DNA of 63,766 nucleotides, the filler included, from Sphacelaria rigidula (lineage: Eukaryota): NCBI GenBank assembly GCA_964200075.2. It is 8 parts of 8 records of this genome, joined end to end, with 100 filler letters (N's around TTAATTAATTAA, not from the genome) between each part and the next. Parts side by side here need not be neighbours in the genome. Positions count along the whole stretch, not along the records: positions 23,954 to 31,836 come from CAXNAA020013105.1; positions 31,937 to 39,819 come from CAXNAA020013106.1; 6 more parts are not named here. The stretch is one strand, 5' to 3'. The notes under the pieces are model-generated. The model did no database searches. It worked only from the letters and a program-made list of their open reading frames with translations, and was not told the DNA's origin. The translations under genes were made by a program, and so were the position numbers. Below are positions 24,388 through 37,187 of the stretch, one piece after another; positions within the stretch are counted from its first letter, which is position 1, and the number at the start of each line of letters is the position of its first letter.

Positions 24388-27300
24388 CTTCGTCGTCATG
24401 TTGGGATCACTCTTGCGGGAGTTGCCGGTCAATGCCCGTGTCCCGGTTTTGTCCACAAAACAGCCAGCATATCCCGAGGTGCGAGATTCCGTGTACTCGT
24501 ACACGCTGATGGCGAGCCGACCTCCGCACGTCTCGCTTGCGTCACCAGCGCAGCTCATATTGCACGTAGCCCGCCCTAGTTCGTCGGGATCATCTGAGGT
24601 CCTTCCACAAAAGCACTGCGTATGCATGCGCACGGATTGCAAGCCGGTATCGGTGAGGTAGAAATATCCCCAGACGCAAAGAAACAATACCGACGTGAAG
24701 AAATCGCCAAACGTTACGAACCAACACAATTGCAGTATGCGGGCCCGGAGCGAAACAGTGGCACATGGTGGTCACAGCACCCTTCAAGTGTTCCCGGCCT
24801 AGTGGTGTAGCGTGTGTGACCGGGGAACGCGGTGAAGGGCGTAGACGTAGGCGCTCTGAGCTTTGAAAAGAAGCAGAGCACGATGTGCGAAAGGTCCCCA
24901 GAATTTCGACTATGGCGGAGAGCATACATACCTCATTTCCGAACTGAGTCCCAAAGTACGCGTATCCCGTACACACCATAGCGCACCGCTGCATTATTAA
25001 CGAGAAAGAGTGAATCACAACGAGCGCCGTGCGTGCAAGCGTTCGGGGATATGTACGCTGAAAGTCGGTGCAGCTAGCCGAGTAGGTCGAATATGTCGGT
25101 CACGGCTGTGCTCACTCACGCAACGTGCGGATGAGTGGCCATGCCATGCAGATAAGCAAGGGACGACATTCCTTGGAGTCAGTACTACCGATCATGGTCG
25201 GCGACATCCACGAAACTCGACGCCGCATCACTGACAAGTCATCAGTTCCCTTGTCTGTTCATCATTGATCACTCATTCAACTCATTGACTACCTACGCCA
25301 AAAATATTTAACGCGTTCGTGGCCTCCTCACGTCAATGGTCAAGTTCTCCTGGTTCATGAACGACTCCCCCGTCAGCGCGCGGGCAGTGCTAGAGTCTGC
25401 GAAACATCCCAAATACGCATATTCCCCAGTATACGGAACTGGAGCAGGAGTGGGTGGTGCAGGCGGAGGCTCAGGAGTTGGTCCACCGTAGTACACACTG
25501 ATGGCGTTGCTACCGCCGCAGATTTGTTCGTCGTCACCGGTGCAATTCATTGTGCAGGAGGAAGATTGGCCGTAGCGATCGAAATTGTCGCCGTCCTCGC
25601 CGCAGAAGCACTCCCGGCCGTACTCGGTTCCGTAGAAGGGAGCGTTTCCGCAGAATATCGAACAAAACTTGTTAGATCAGCAGCGGATGGGGATCGGGTA
25701 GGGAATATGACGCTCATGAGGCAACATCGGGCAGGGCAATTGTATGCGAGGCTTGAACCAATTTTTGTCCAGTGCAAGGATGCGATCTTGCTGTCTCTGC
25801 TAAAAGTATATTTTTCCCAAGACCTAGGGCTGTCAGACCCTCACAATTCGTGCGCAGGAGGTTTCCGCGCGGAAACTAGCTACGAAATACTTTGCGCGGA
25901 CCGTACCTATGCTGAGGAGTCAGAACCCATTCATCAGACAATATTGTATTGATCCACTCCCTTGTTGTACACGCAGCATTTGTATGTATGATGTTGTCTG
26001 TACACAACCTCAACGACACTCGGCATGTTGTTGGATAGCAGGAGCACATGTGTAGTACGAACACTTTTTCACGGAAGTGATCCAAGTGCCTGTAGGGCTA
26101 CTAATCCCGGCCGTGCTCCAGGATGGGGCCACGTACAAGATAAAAACGAGTACGTCCTGCTTTAAGATCGTGGGTATATCTGATGACAAATGAGAATACC
26201 AACACCTGCAAAAAACGCCTCCACATCACAGGACGGGTTTGACGAGAGGCTGCCTTGCTAACCTTACCTCCAAAGTCATATCCGAATCCGAGGTATAGTC
26301 GCCAGTTAGAACACGGTCTCTGGTGTTGTCGACAAAGCACCCAGCATATTTCCCGAAAGGTTCGGCGTACTCGTACACGTTCATGGCGGACCGGCCGCCG
26401 CATGCCTCGTTCTCGTTGCCGGTGCAAGCCATGTTGCACGTAGCACCACCGAGTTCGTCGGGGTCGTCTGAGTTCCTGCCACAGAAGCACTGTGGGTACA
26501 CGGGCGACATATTACTGTATATTATACTACGAGAAAACAGCTCACTGTAAGTTAAAGGCTACATGGTGATCAGCTTGCGCTGTGGGCGAGTATAAATGCG
26601 GTACTCATCTATTGGGATGTTTCTCATTGAGGGTACTCCGGATCACTTCCCCAAGCTCGGTGGCAGCAGCCATCCACAGACATGCAGCGATGCGTGCAGG
26701 AGCACGCAGAATCTTCGCTAGAATTGTGAAGCAGTACTCGAGTATAAAAGCGATGTCCCCGCCAGGAAATCTCATTATCTAATACATGGATCGTAATGTC
26801 TTCACACAATTCTAGTGTATGGGTGTGTTCGGAGAGAAGAATGTCGACTTCAACTACCGCAGAAATGGTTGTACTCTCACATGCATGGTGGGTACCAGCC
26901 ACTGATGCCGTTGATTTCCATCCTTACGTGGAGTGTGGCACACGTAAAGTCCGCACACTAGGCCCTGTTTGACATAATCGCATCTCTCACCTCTTTTCCA
27001 TACTGCACCCCGAAGTACGCATATTCCACGCACAGGGCACCGCAGGACTGCATATGAGCGATAAACGGATGGGATGTCAGCGTACTACATTGCAGTGGTT
27101 TAGTTCCACGAGAAATGCAGGTAGAAACATGGATCAGCATCGCGAGCTACTGAAATGACGCAGGGCAGGGAACACGGAGATCGGGTGAAAGTACAGCAAA
27201 CATGAGCCGTCATTGGTATCGACAACTCTGAGGAACCTTGCCAAGGCAGTTCATCCAATCAATGTTGTACTTCGTTGATTATTAGGAACGATCCCGGCCT

Positions 27301-30300
27301 GGCTAGCACACACACCAGAAACAGCCTCGAAGAGCACATACGCATTATGATACCTCTCAAAGCTATAGTACTCCCCATACCTCAATCGTTAACGAAGCCT
27401 CGTTCTTGAACGATGGTCCAGACAATACGCGGTCACTAGTCGAGTCACCGAAACACCCCAAGTATATGTACGCCAATGATGACGATGGAGCAGGCGTCAT
27501 TGAAAGGGGAGCAGGGGTGGGGCTCCGGCTGTCCGGTGAACTTTTGAACTTCGAGATGGTTTCCTGTGGGCATATATATGAGGTGGAACGTGAACGCGAG
27601 TGCATGTGTATGTGTGTGCGATAGTGCTTTGGACATGGGGCGGCATACCTTGTAATATCTCGTCGGGGAATGAAGCATATTTTCAGGAGAGCATTTCGGT
27701 GTCGTACTCGAAAAGAGCCTCACCCCATGAGACTGACCTTGATGAAGTAACCCAAGCTCTTCATCGCCAGCACTACGCTGGTTCCCTCAAACAGTGTCAA
27801 CCATTATGCCACGGCGATCCATGCAATGGCTGTTTCGACTATAAGGAGACCTGTGCTATGGATGGCGAGGGATACTCCACGCCAACGGTGTTTGAAATCA
27901 CAACCTAGACCATGCGTTTACCATTGTCTCGGAGATCATTCTGGCGTTGTCCTCCGTGGAAGTACCGGTTGGCAGGCCAAGGTTGATTGCTTCCGGGTTG
28001 GAGAAGTAGTTCACGCGAGGGACCGGGCAATCGAAGGAAGAAAAGTAGCTCATTACTGTCCGATACAGCCTGGATTCGAGCAGAAAGTAGTCAGCGGTTC
28101 CAATGAGGGAATTTAGTAATGCTCGAGGTAGAAGCGATCCCGAGAGCAACGAGTCAGCTGCGTGGCACCACCATAAACGGAAACGACGGACGGTACGTTT
28201 GCCGGAAACCCCCCGGCGACAATGCGCGATAGTTGCCTTGAATCAAGTGAGTAGCGAGAGGAGAAGCAACGCGACCTCGGTCCTCGTCTATCTCAATCAG
28301 CGATAAATGACAGAGTGGTAGCATATTCGGGTGATCTCGCCCGATAAAGCTCGTTCACAACGTTTTTACTCACACGTCACCGTCACAGTATCGCCGTCCG
28401 TGCGCGAAATCGGTTTGAGTGCTGGAGTCCTCGCGGTTGTGATCGGCACCCATGTTGTGCCCCCACTCGTGCGTATGACTTAAGTTCGAGATGCAGCTGA
28501 CCCCTACCGTAGAGAACCCGCGGCCTGGGGAGCCGTTGAAGAACCACCTGCAGAAGTATGCAGGAGAAGATACGCGTTACCTGAATTAAATTATTGGTTC
28601 GGGGTCATATCTTGGGACTTCGTTCACGCAGGTCTTACGCGATCCGCGCGGTACGCAACGAACGATCAACTGCATGGAAGATACCACTGGAGCCAAGCAG
28701 GCGGTCCACTGCACCAGGTGTTTGAGGGCCCAATATTTGTACACCTTTAGCTGACAAGCCGCGAAGGTAGGCCTCAAGGAAACTTCAGTATCGTTTAGGT
28801 AAAGGCAGGACCCGTGGCGGTACTTGGGGGACGAGTCCCATTCGTCATGACAACGCTGGTGCGCTATAAAGAACTCTACCTCAAGACGAGTTGGTCTCAT
28901 TTCACCAATACTCAAATGTAAGTTGGCATCATAGAGGCACTTTCAGGCAAATCTCTGCTACTTCCAACGTTCACGTACCCTGCTCCGCAGTAATCTTGAA
29001 ACGAACCGAAAAGCTGCACGAGATCAGCTCCATATCGGTCGCGTAGCGTTGCCACACCCTCGTCCTCGGTCAAAGTGACCAACGCATCGATGGCGCTTTC
29101 ATCCTGATCATATTGCAGCTGTTCCAAACGGGCACCGCCGTGAATGATGACGATGGAGCATAAACAGCAGCGGGGCAGCGTCGCAAACAGGAAGAGTTGT
29201 TAAGCTAGCGTTTCGTTTCATCTCTGTCGACTGTTTTCGAAACCCGATCTTCCCCATAGTTTAAAGTACGAAAACCAGTATCCTCATTATATGTTCAACT
29301 GTATAAGGATGATAAACTGTTGGTGCGCTCCCGAAGTGCGTCAGACTTCATCAGGCCTAATAGCCACCAGTCTCCTGTCCCTGAGCCACGCTATATTTCT
29401 CGCTATAGTTTCGTTCATGTACCTGGTCCACGAACACAATTCGGTATCTCAAGTCGATGAGGGAGTTAGCAAAAGCCTCGTTTGTTGTAGCCACGGCCTC
29501 TGTGACGATGGTCGCCATTTGTGTTGCGGTGGTGTCGGTCCCCCGGGACTCCCTCGCTTGCTCGCTGTAGATAACCATCACATCGACCTGGTTATCGTTT
29601 ATCCGACGGAAAGTGATGCAGGAAATCGGGGAGGCACCGTACATAGACGTATCATGAGCTCTAATAGAACAAGTTAGGCCCTGAGACCTGGTGAGATAGA
29701 TTTGCACACTCCCAGTCCGACAGGTCCATTCGATCGGGTAGATCCGGCGGGAAGTTGGCAGTTTTCGACCTTGCGTTTTCCTTGGACGAGCTTTCCTCAA
29801 TGTCCTGACCACAGCGGTAGGTGGATGAAGGGCCAAGAAGCAAGCGGCACTTTGGGTGAAGGCGTAGTTACCGCTGACTACTCACTCGAGCCAAGCATGT
29901 TGTTGCTTCCGCGACTGAATTCCCTCTGTTGTGTACCTCGACTGACGTGTCTAATTTTCGGCGTCCAGTGCTGTCGGCAGCTCCAGATTTCCCCGCTTTG
30001 TTGTTGGTGGAGGCCATTCGTCGTGATTTGGGCTCAGCGCTGACGCCGATGCCATCTTCATTACCCATTGGTTCCCCGCTTTCTTTGAGATCAAGAGAAA
30101 TCTGCAACTCGTTAATCGTTGGGGACGTCAGTGGGCGATAGGGGTATGCTTATGTGAAACGATCCCAGAGTTGTTGCCATCCCATGCTATGGCAGTAACT
30201 TCTCGAAAGTACGTGGAGATGCGAACAGATAACGCCGAGTTGCATACCCGAACAAGGAACAACTCCGAGGCCAAAAGTGTGCCGTGATACCGTCGAGGCC

Positions 30301-31505
30301 ACGCTTGTTATTGGAGGTGCAGTCGCACGCATCCTGGACGTTTTGCTCGAACGAAGGCGGATCGACGACAAACACAATTTGGCATTTAATCTTGAGATAA
30401 GCGTACCTCCACCATGCAGATGTCCTCGGCCGAGCCTGCCTCGCAGGGAACAGACTTGACTTCTGAGATTGTGCCGTCTGTGTGGTGGGTGGTCACCTTG
30501 AGCAAAAAATTCTGGAAAACAGATGTGGTATCGTGCGACATATGAAAAAACAGAGCGAAATCGAGCGCGATGGATGTGTACGGTGGTTGGTACATGCTGT
30601 ACATGAACCATAGCAGTCAAGGCGCACTGCCAATACTTTTGGGTTGAGGAGCGGAGGACTTGCCATTAAAATTCGCATCCGACTGGGTAAATGGTGAGTG
30701 TACAGAAAACTACCGATGCCTTTAGGTTGGAGAAGAAAGCGTGTGTCATTAAGTCTTGCATCCAACCCGGCATATACTCATATTCGGCGGCGAGAGTACA
30801 TCCAATCGGCTGCTCGACATATATATGCGGCCCTTTCGAGGTGAGTGTTGTCACCACAGCAAAGCTAGGCAGCCAGTAACTGCAACGCAGCCACCTAAAG
30901 GACATTGCAGGAAATAGTCATGCTACAATTGGGGGTGGGTGGGGAGTGGAGGGTTGAATCTACGAAGAAATAGGCTCAAAGATGCCTCAGACTACCTACC
31001 TGTCATATTCGCGGTGCGCTTGTATTTGGGTGAAAGCGGTGTCAAGGAGCATGAATGAGCGTCATTTATCGGAAGCAAGCGCGTTCGAGCCGAACAACCG
31101 TTGCTGCTATCAACAACGATTTCAAGTAGAATTTCGTGGAAGAAAACGGCCCGAAATTCCCCCCCCCCCCCCCCCCCCCCCCCACCAACCCCACGCCAAC
31201 CCCCCCCCCCCCCCCCACCCCGCCCCCACCACACCCCCACCACCCCCCCCCCTCCTCCNNNNNNNNNNGGGTTCGAGCCTAAAAACCCTTGGTGCTTTCC
31301 ACAAAGATTTCAAATAAAATTTCGGGGAAGAAAACGGCCCGAAATTCCCCCCCCCCCCCCCCCTATCGTAGCATGACTCGACAGACACTGCCATGGACCG
31401 TCCTCAACGCACCTCGACATCGCAAGTAGTACCCCAGGTCATGCTGACCGTTCGCAGAGCGGGGCCATCATCTTCCAAAGGCTCGACCTCATTTCCCAAC
31501 CACAC
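24388..31505 (-). CDS. Metzincin zinc metallopeptidase (M72 peptidyl-Asp / reprolysin-like) with tandem WSC domains; 14 exons, partial at both ends
   Basis: In-phase GT-AG exons: 31505-31413, 30511-30407, 30101-29937, 29804-29688, 29587-29423, 29118-28979, 28547-28374, 28069-27922, 27563-27381, 27047-26991, 26489-26268, 25667-25332, 24988-24932, 24615-24388. Motifs: VDVMVIYS, LRDRYGADLVQL, HEWGHNMGADH (HExxHxxGxxH), Met-turn YRTVMSY, RVNYFSNP, DNAR. These are followed by three complete WSC domains and one partial one (YLGCF.D...RVL...C...C..Y.YFG.qyG.ECFCG...C.M.C.G...CGG..A..VY) with Pro-rich linkers. Confidence 0.92.
30985..31360 (+). repeat. Dispersed repeat family B abutting poly-C (intronic)
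   Basis: CGCGGTGCGCTTGTATTTGG...GAACAACCGTTGCTGC...GGCCCGAAATTCCCC. Related copies at ~21805-21975 (inverted) and ~59985-60045. Confidence 0.7.
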
Positions 31506-31836
31506 CTGTGCAACACCGTAGTTTTTATAGATAATTCTAATGGGGTGAAGCACCAACTTCGCGTAGGGTGCTGGTAGGTGAGCGCTCGAGACGGCAGCAA
31601 GGGCATAGCCTCGAGGACCACACATCTGCCCAGTTTGGCAACACGCTTCAGTACTGAGAGGAGCACATGTACGACGAGGGTGTACTGAAAACGCGCTTAT
31701 TCATCACCCTGACTGATGTTGACGCTATTAACATGGTTTTGGTGAGATTGAGAGTAGAGGATGCGATTGAGAGTGAAAAGCGGTCAATTAGTAAATGAAT
31801 CCTCTCAGTTCCGAAATGTCCCTCCACGAGGCCTGA

Positions 31837-31936
31837 NNNNNNNNNNNNNNNNNNNNNNNNNNNNNNNNNNNNNNNNNNNNTTAATTAATTAANNNNNNNN
31901 NNNNNNNNNNNNNNNNNNNNNNNNNNNNNNNNNNNN
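31837..31936. other. Artificial scaffold linker 4
   Basis: Same 100-bp linker. Confidence 0.98.
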
Positions 31937-32369
31937 CGGCGGGGCCGGTCGGGTGTTGGGGCTGGGGGGGTGGGGGGGGGGGGGGGGGGGGGGGGGGGGG
32001 TCGAGGTCAACGGGTTAAAACCGGCCCTCATGATGCAGACTGCATGGGTCGACCCCCCAGAACGGGCAGGCGGAGGGTTGGACGAACTTCTCAGGTTGTG
32101 CCCTCACCCCCTTTTCATCCAACGCCCAGACCCCTAGGTGGACGCGCAAAGGACAGCGTCGGGGGGGGGGAGGGGGGGAGGGGAGCTCCATGGTTGATTC
32201 ACGCGAGAGCATGGAGGGTATAATAGTTTCGTGCAAAACACATGCCTCATCTGTCCCATGAATAAAGTCGGCTACATTTGCACGGCCCCTCAATCCGCGC
32301 CCGACACGTTGCGCGATAATGTTTTTCTATTTAAATATCGAGCGTTTTTTAGTTGAAGTCTTACATTTT

Positions 32370-33827
32370 TACACACCCTGGACAGTAGACGGCATCTATT
32401 GCGATAGCAGTAGAATCTGCTGCAGTAGATACCAATATTGTCGTCCGTGATGGCCATCGATCGGCAAGTTTATCTTTGTATTGTCGTTGGCAATGTCTAN
32501 NNNNNNNNAGACCACTTTCCCACACTCTTGTCTGGGCAGCAGTCTGCTGTGACCCTACACCGAAGTCTACTGCGGCCGACCAAATGCATCGATCGATAGC
32601 TTTCCAAATGTATTGATGACGGCAATGGCTATCGATAGACCGCGTGCCAAATATATTGATCACGACGATGGCTATTGACAGACGATATATCAAATCTATT
32701 GATGACGGCAATAACTATTGATAGATTGCGTATAAATAAAAATCTATGCACGGCGGCAATGAATATCGATAGATATATACCAGAATCTACTGTGGTATGC
32801 AGTGCCTACCGATAGATATTCTCTGTTGTCTATTGCCACACCTACATCGCAATATACCACGTATACAGTAAAACATGCTATACTTCGTTAAGGTACGGTA
32901 GAGAAGCCGCAGGCGGACATGCAATGGGTATATAATGATACTACTTGTGACTATATGACATCACGTTTCTACAATTTTGGAACGCTTGCATTTTGTAGGA
33001 ATCCGGATCAAGTGTGGACAAAAGTTTGCAACTTTGTTGGTGTGGTGTTGGTACTTATGGTCGTCCCTCTGATGGACATGAGCGCTTACAGTACTTTCAT
33101 GTGTTGGTAGGATGTACTTATACCCTGGACAATAGACTATGTAATAGAACATTGGCGCTGCAATAGCCCCGAAAATTTGACTGTCAACGATCATTGTCAG
33201 TCATAATCGACTGGCATCAATGTCTATCGATAGCTATTGTAGGCGACAATAGATTCGGGACAAACGGCAGAATGTATCATTGCTGTGACAATGGAGGGGC
33301 CAAGTTGTCTATCGATAAATTTCATTCGTTGCAACAGGCTCTGAATTGTGGCCACCAATGTCTAATGCTAAGCACGGTAGGATCTACCACGCGGCCACCA
33401 ATACATGCTGTTTGTCACAATGGGCTCTGAATTGCGCCCACAAATGTCTATCGAGGGCTACAAAAGGATATCAATCGCGCCCACCAATGTCCAATGAGTG
33501 TCACAATAGAATCTGAATCGCGCCCACCAATGTCTACCGCTGGGCAGGATATCGATGTGTAGCTGTAAGCACACGCCAGTGATGAAGGCAAAGAAAAGCA
33601 CACACGGAAAGAAAATTTTGGCTAAGTTAAAGCGAATGATCAAAGTCACTCTCAATCAGCGCTCTACTCTCGATTTCACAAAAACGTTGTTATAGTCCCT
33701 TGCCATACGTATCAATAGATGTGTTACACCGTCTGTCGTGCTCGATAATATATATCGATTTATTTCCCCCCCTATCTATTGCTGAAGCAATGGCCTATTA
33801 TTGATGCCTTTGTCCAGAGTGTGAGGG
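32370..33827. mobile_element. Old piggyBac-like non-autonomous element with ~43-bp ATCGAT-rich tandem repeats
   Basis: Left CACACCCTGGACA versus right TGTCCAGAGTGTGAGGG|TTAA. ~43-bp units at 32611-32820 (TATTGATGACGGCAATGGCTATCGATAG) and 33340-33545 (CTGAATTGCGCCCACCAATGTCTA). Confidence 0.45.
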
Positions 33828-33831
33828 TTAA

Positions 33832-33931
33832 CCCTTAAAGAACGCGAGGGTGGTCCATCTGGATCATGCATATTTCTTTCAAGTGAAATTGATGCCGATT
33901 TAACAGAAGACCCACTCTCGCCATCAAAGGG
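33832..33931 (-). mobile_element. 100-bp piggyBac MITE
   Basis: Reverse copy of the 18919-19018 family, with TTAA at 33828-33831. Confidence 0.85.
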
Positions 33932-35009
33932 TCGAAGGCTATTGTATCACAAGATCGTACGCCATGCATAGCATGACGTATTTTGTAGTGATGCTCGCAT
34001 CGCACCAATCATTTTTCTCGTCAGTATGTTTTAGTACACAACAATAGAATACCGCCAGAGGGTTATGAGCCCTCGCCTCTCTGATACAGCAGAGTGCTCT
34101 GTCGATTAAGCTATGGCGGTGCGTCGAGGACATGACAATGCTCAGGAGAGCTGACAGTGAAGATCCCAGAAGATGGGCTGAACAGTGGAGTGAGAGAGGG
34201 GCGAGCAGTGCAAGCTCGCAACGTGTCTCGGATAAAAGACCGGCCACGAACCAGTCAGGCTCACAAAACATGCTTGTGGTCTGGTGTACAGTCAAGCTCA
34301 CACAATGTGAGCTTGATGGCATCGTGTGCGTTGGCTTAGAGCTTGGCGTGTCCACATAGCTCCGTGGCTCCCAAGGTACACAGACAGTTCGACAAGTCTC
34401 CTAGAGCGGTTAAGCCGACACCCGAGGAACCTTCCTCGTGGCTAGAAGTTTCCTATGGACCAGTCTGGTTCTACATGAAACTATAAGGCATGTTGGATTC
34501 GCATCCCACATTAGTCACATCCACAACGCGATGTTGTATGTATGGAGTAATGTATAATATGAGCTGCTAATATCCAACAAGTAGTTTAGTCGATACGCGA
34601 GTGCAATCTGGGTACTATGGTCGGCTTTTTTTTTCAGACAGGTTTGAGTCGAGCATGATTCATATTCGAGAGTGCTTTGAAGTAAAACACAACAGTATTG
34701 CAAGAAAATGGGGTCCTTGAAGCGGGGTCTTATCAGAAGTGATTAATCACTTTTGGAGGAGTGATTGCCCCCACAACGACCAGTGCTGAGTTTTATCGAC
34801 AAGTAGTTTTGTCCAGATCGAAGCCCAGATCTGCACACGTGTAAAAAATGCGGCGGTCCTGGTAGTGGCCGTTAGGCCGGATGATATGGCAAACAGATTT
34901 TTGGCCCACGGATTGTTCACTTTTGGGGCGTTTGACCCACATTTTGACCCCCGAACCAAGAAAACCGCCAACACACGTCTCGGACACTTTGCATCACCCC
35001 ACAGTAAGC

Positions 35010-35169
35010 AGGAAACCTTCTTTTGTTTCACTTGTCACTCGCACGGGTCTGAGATACGCATTGGGCGAATATTGTTGCGTCTGAGCTGTGAGAACCATCA
35101 ACCATATCTTGCTCGAAAACCATCAATTGCAAATGATGCATTTTCCATTGTGAGTCCCATAAGGGTTAA
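35010..35169 (+). mobile_element. piggyBac terminal fragment (same family as 11478-12968)
   Basis: Colinear with 12810-12972 and ending AAGGG|TTAA. Confidence 0.8.
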
Positions 35170-35815
35170 TTTTTTTTTCCTTCATTCATTCAAAAATACG
35201 ATCCGGACAGGCTCGATCGACAGAAAATACAGGAGAGTCAGCATCTGGGCTGAAACGTGTCAGAACCCCCGATGACCGGGGAGCCCGTAAGTCACTCAAT
35301 ATTGAGAACATATATATATATATATATATATTGTTGGCATGCGGAGCGGATACAAGTAGCTTCAGATCCCCCAATGTGATGAGCGGTGGCAAGCGAAAGA
35401 ACCTAAGGAAATCGCCAACTACGAAGAAATTACAAGATGCCACAAAATGAATACCTTCAGGCGCCCAGTACTATACGTTGTCCAGGGTGTGAAAATATGT
35501 GATTTCCGTCGTTGAAGCCATGAAGACGCAAGTAGCAAAGAGAGTCCGTCTGACTTGAGTTTGTCAGACAACAGCAAGGGTCGGACGAATAATGAATCGT
35601 CTAACAATTACTTGGTTTTAGTATTTTGAATCGTACGTATCAATCTCTAGGCTTTGTTCTAAGGGTTGCCACCCAGGTGCACGCAGCCCAGACACGTGGA
35701 ATGGCGCAAAAGTTGAGTGGATACCCCATGGGCCAGCGGTCAACGTTTCTCTCCCTTTTGGGCAATCAGGCCGAAGAAATCGTGGATTTGGTGATCCGTA
35801 GTTGTGATGATTCGT

Positions 35816-35976
35816 CCTAACCGTGGACGACAGTCAACCGCGACGAGGAAGTGGTGTTGGTCATAATCCAATCGCTCCTGGAGACCAAGATGCAAGACGT
35901 GTACAGTACCGGGAGAGAGATGGGTTGATCCCTTGACACCACGGATTCGTCCCGAGCACGGGGAGGGGGAAGTGTG
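35816..35976 (+). mobile_element. SINE 3' body related to the 3205-3519 family
   Basis: GTACCGGGAGAGAGATGGGTTGATCCCTTGACACCAC...GGGGAGGGG closely matches the reverse complement of 3240-3305. Confidence 0.7.
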
Positions 35977-36246
35977 CACACGTCGGACAGATGGATCATG
36001 ACCCGTCTGAAAATTACTTCTTCTCAGTATATACTGATCCGGATCATGATCCGGATCATTTCGAACCACATTTCCACGGATGCTCCTTGCAGCGCCAGAC
36101 GCCGAGCTCGCCTAGTAGCGCGAAGGTTGCGCGTTAGCTTTCTGGCACTCTGCGGTCACACACATATTTTGTGTTTTTGGGCCAACGGATTCGAGAGTCT
36201 TCTTCGATCGATTGTTCCATACAGATCATGACCTGTCCGACGTGTG
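35977..36246. mobile_element. MITE with perfect 14-bp TIR CACACGTCGGACAG, inserted in a SINE tail
   Basis: TIRs at 35977-35990 and 36233-36246. Flanks GGAAGTGTG/AAAAGTGTG suggest an 8-9-bp TSD. GATCATGA subterminal motifs. Confidence 0.85.
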
Positions 36247-36856
36247 AAAAGTGTGACAAGAAAACTGACTATTATAGATCATACTGCTCTACACTGTACT
36301 GTACAGTACTATACTGTACCACGGTGTCGACGAGTTCCATCGCCTCCAATGCTGCTAATTTACATACAACACCGTGCACTCGATGCTTTGGTTCTTCTCT
36401 TAACGCGACACAACGCGGCAAGTGCAGCACTCCGCATCCCAACCGCCCCGTCGACGTGCACCATATTTACATATATCATACGCCGGAAGGAGCGTTCTGT
36501 ATCAACCCCGGTTTATCGCTGCTCAAAGAGATTTTTTTTTTTCTTTCGTTAGTGTACTCTGTTGATCTGTTTTACCTTTTCTGTTTATTTTTTTCTATTG
36601 TCCTTCTCTTCCGCAAGTGTTTCGGTTTTGCATTGTCTCGGGACACATCCATCATATGGCCATGGCTCGATCCCTGGAAGGGGTCAGTCCAAGTGCAAAC
36701 TGCTGCCGAGAATGCGGCAGTCAGTCAATCAATGCCGTAAGTCGTGTTGTGTCGCATTTCAGTGTCAATTCAGTTACGGTTTATCGCCGCTCAACACTCA
36801 CATACATGATCAATTCGCTTGGCTTGTGTGTGCGTTTGTGTTGTAACATACTCCAG

Positions 36857-37073
36857 TTTCTTGAACGGCAACGGCAGCATCAAAGCAATAGCAGCAGCAT
36901 CATTCCAGGGAGGGAAATACGCATCAAGAGTGGACATGTCGGCGGACATGGCTTTGGAGGAAAAGAAGAACAATCTGAGAACCCTGGGGCGGTTTCTGAC
37001 AGCCATCGTAGATGGCTCTGCTCCAGGGTCGGTTCGGCGTAGGGCGGTCATGGGAGCAGCGGGCTCCATCCAG
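36857..37073 (+). CDS. Candidate isolated exon, product unknown
   Basis: CTCCAG acceptor and CAG|GTAAAC donor bracket an open frame ...MSADMALEEKKNNLRTLGRFLTAIVDGSAPGSVRRRAVMGAAGSIQ. Confidence 0.25.
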
Positions 37074-37187
37074 GTAAACCGAAGAAGACACGCTTGAATT
37101 CGAACCGTTTATCCAATATATCCACGTGCCCATATCAGTATGTGTAGTGAGAGATATTCATTAACTTGTTTTTTGGAGGGGGGGTAT

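Noticed and set aside
30666..30905. Signal-peptide first exon for the protease (MSFRWLRCS...)
   Set aside because: Exon 31505-31413 splices in phase to 30511 without it, and no convincing donor was found; treated as intron.
32611..33545. Repeat-spacer (CRISPR-like) ~43-bp periodicity
   Set aside because: The units are degenerate across their whole length and lie within TE-like ends; this is a minisatellite.
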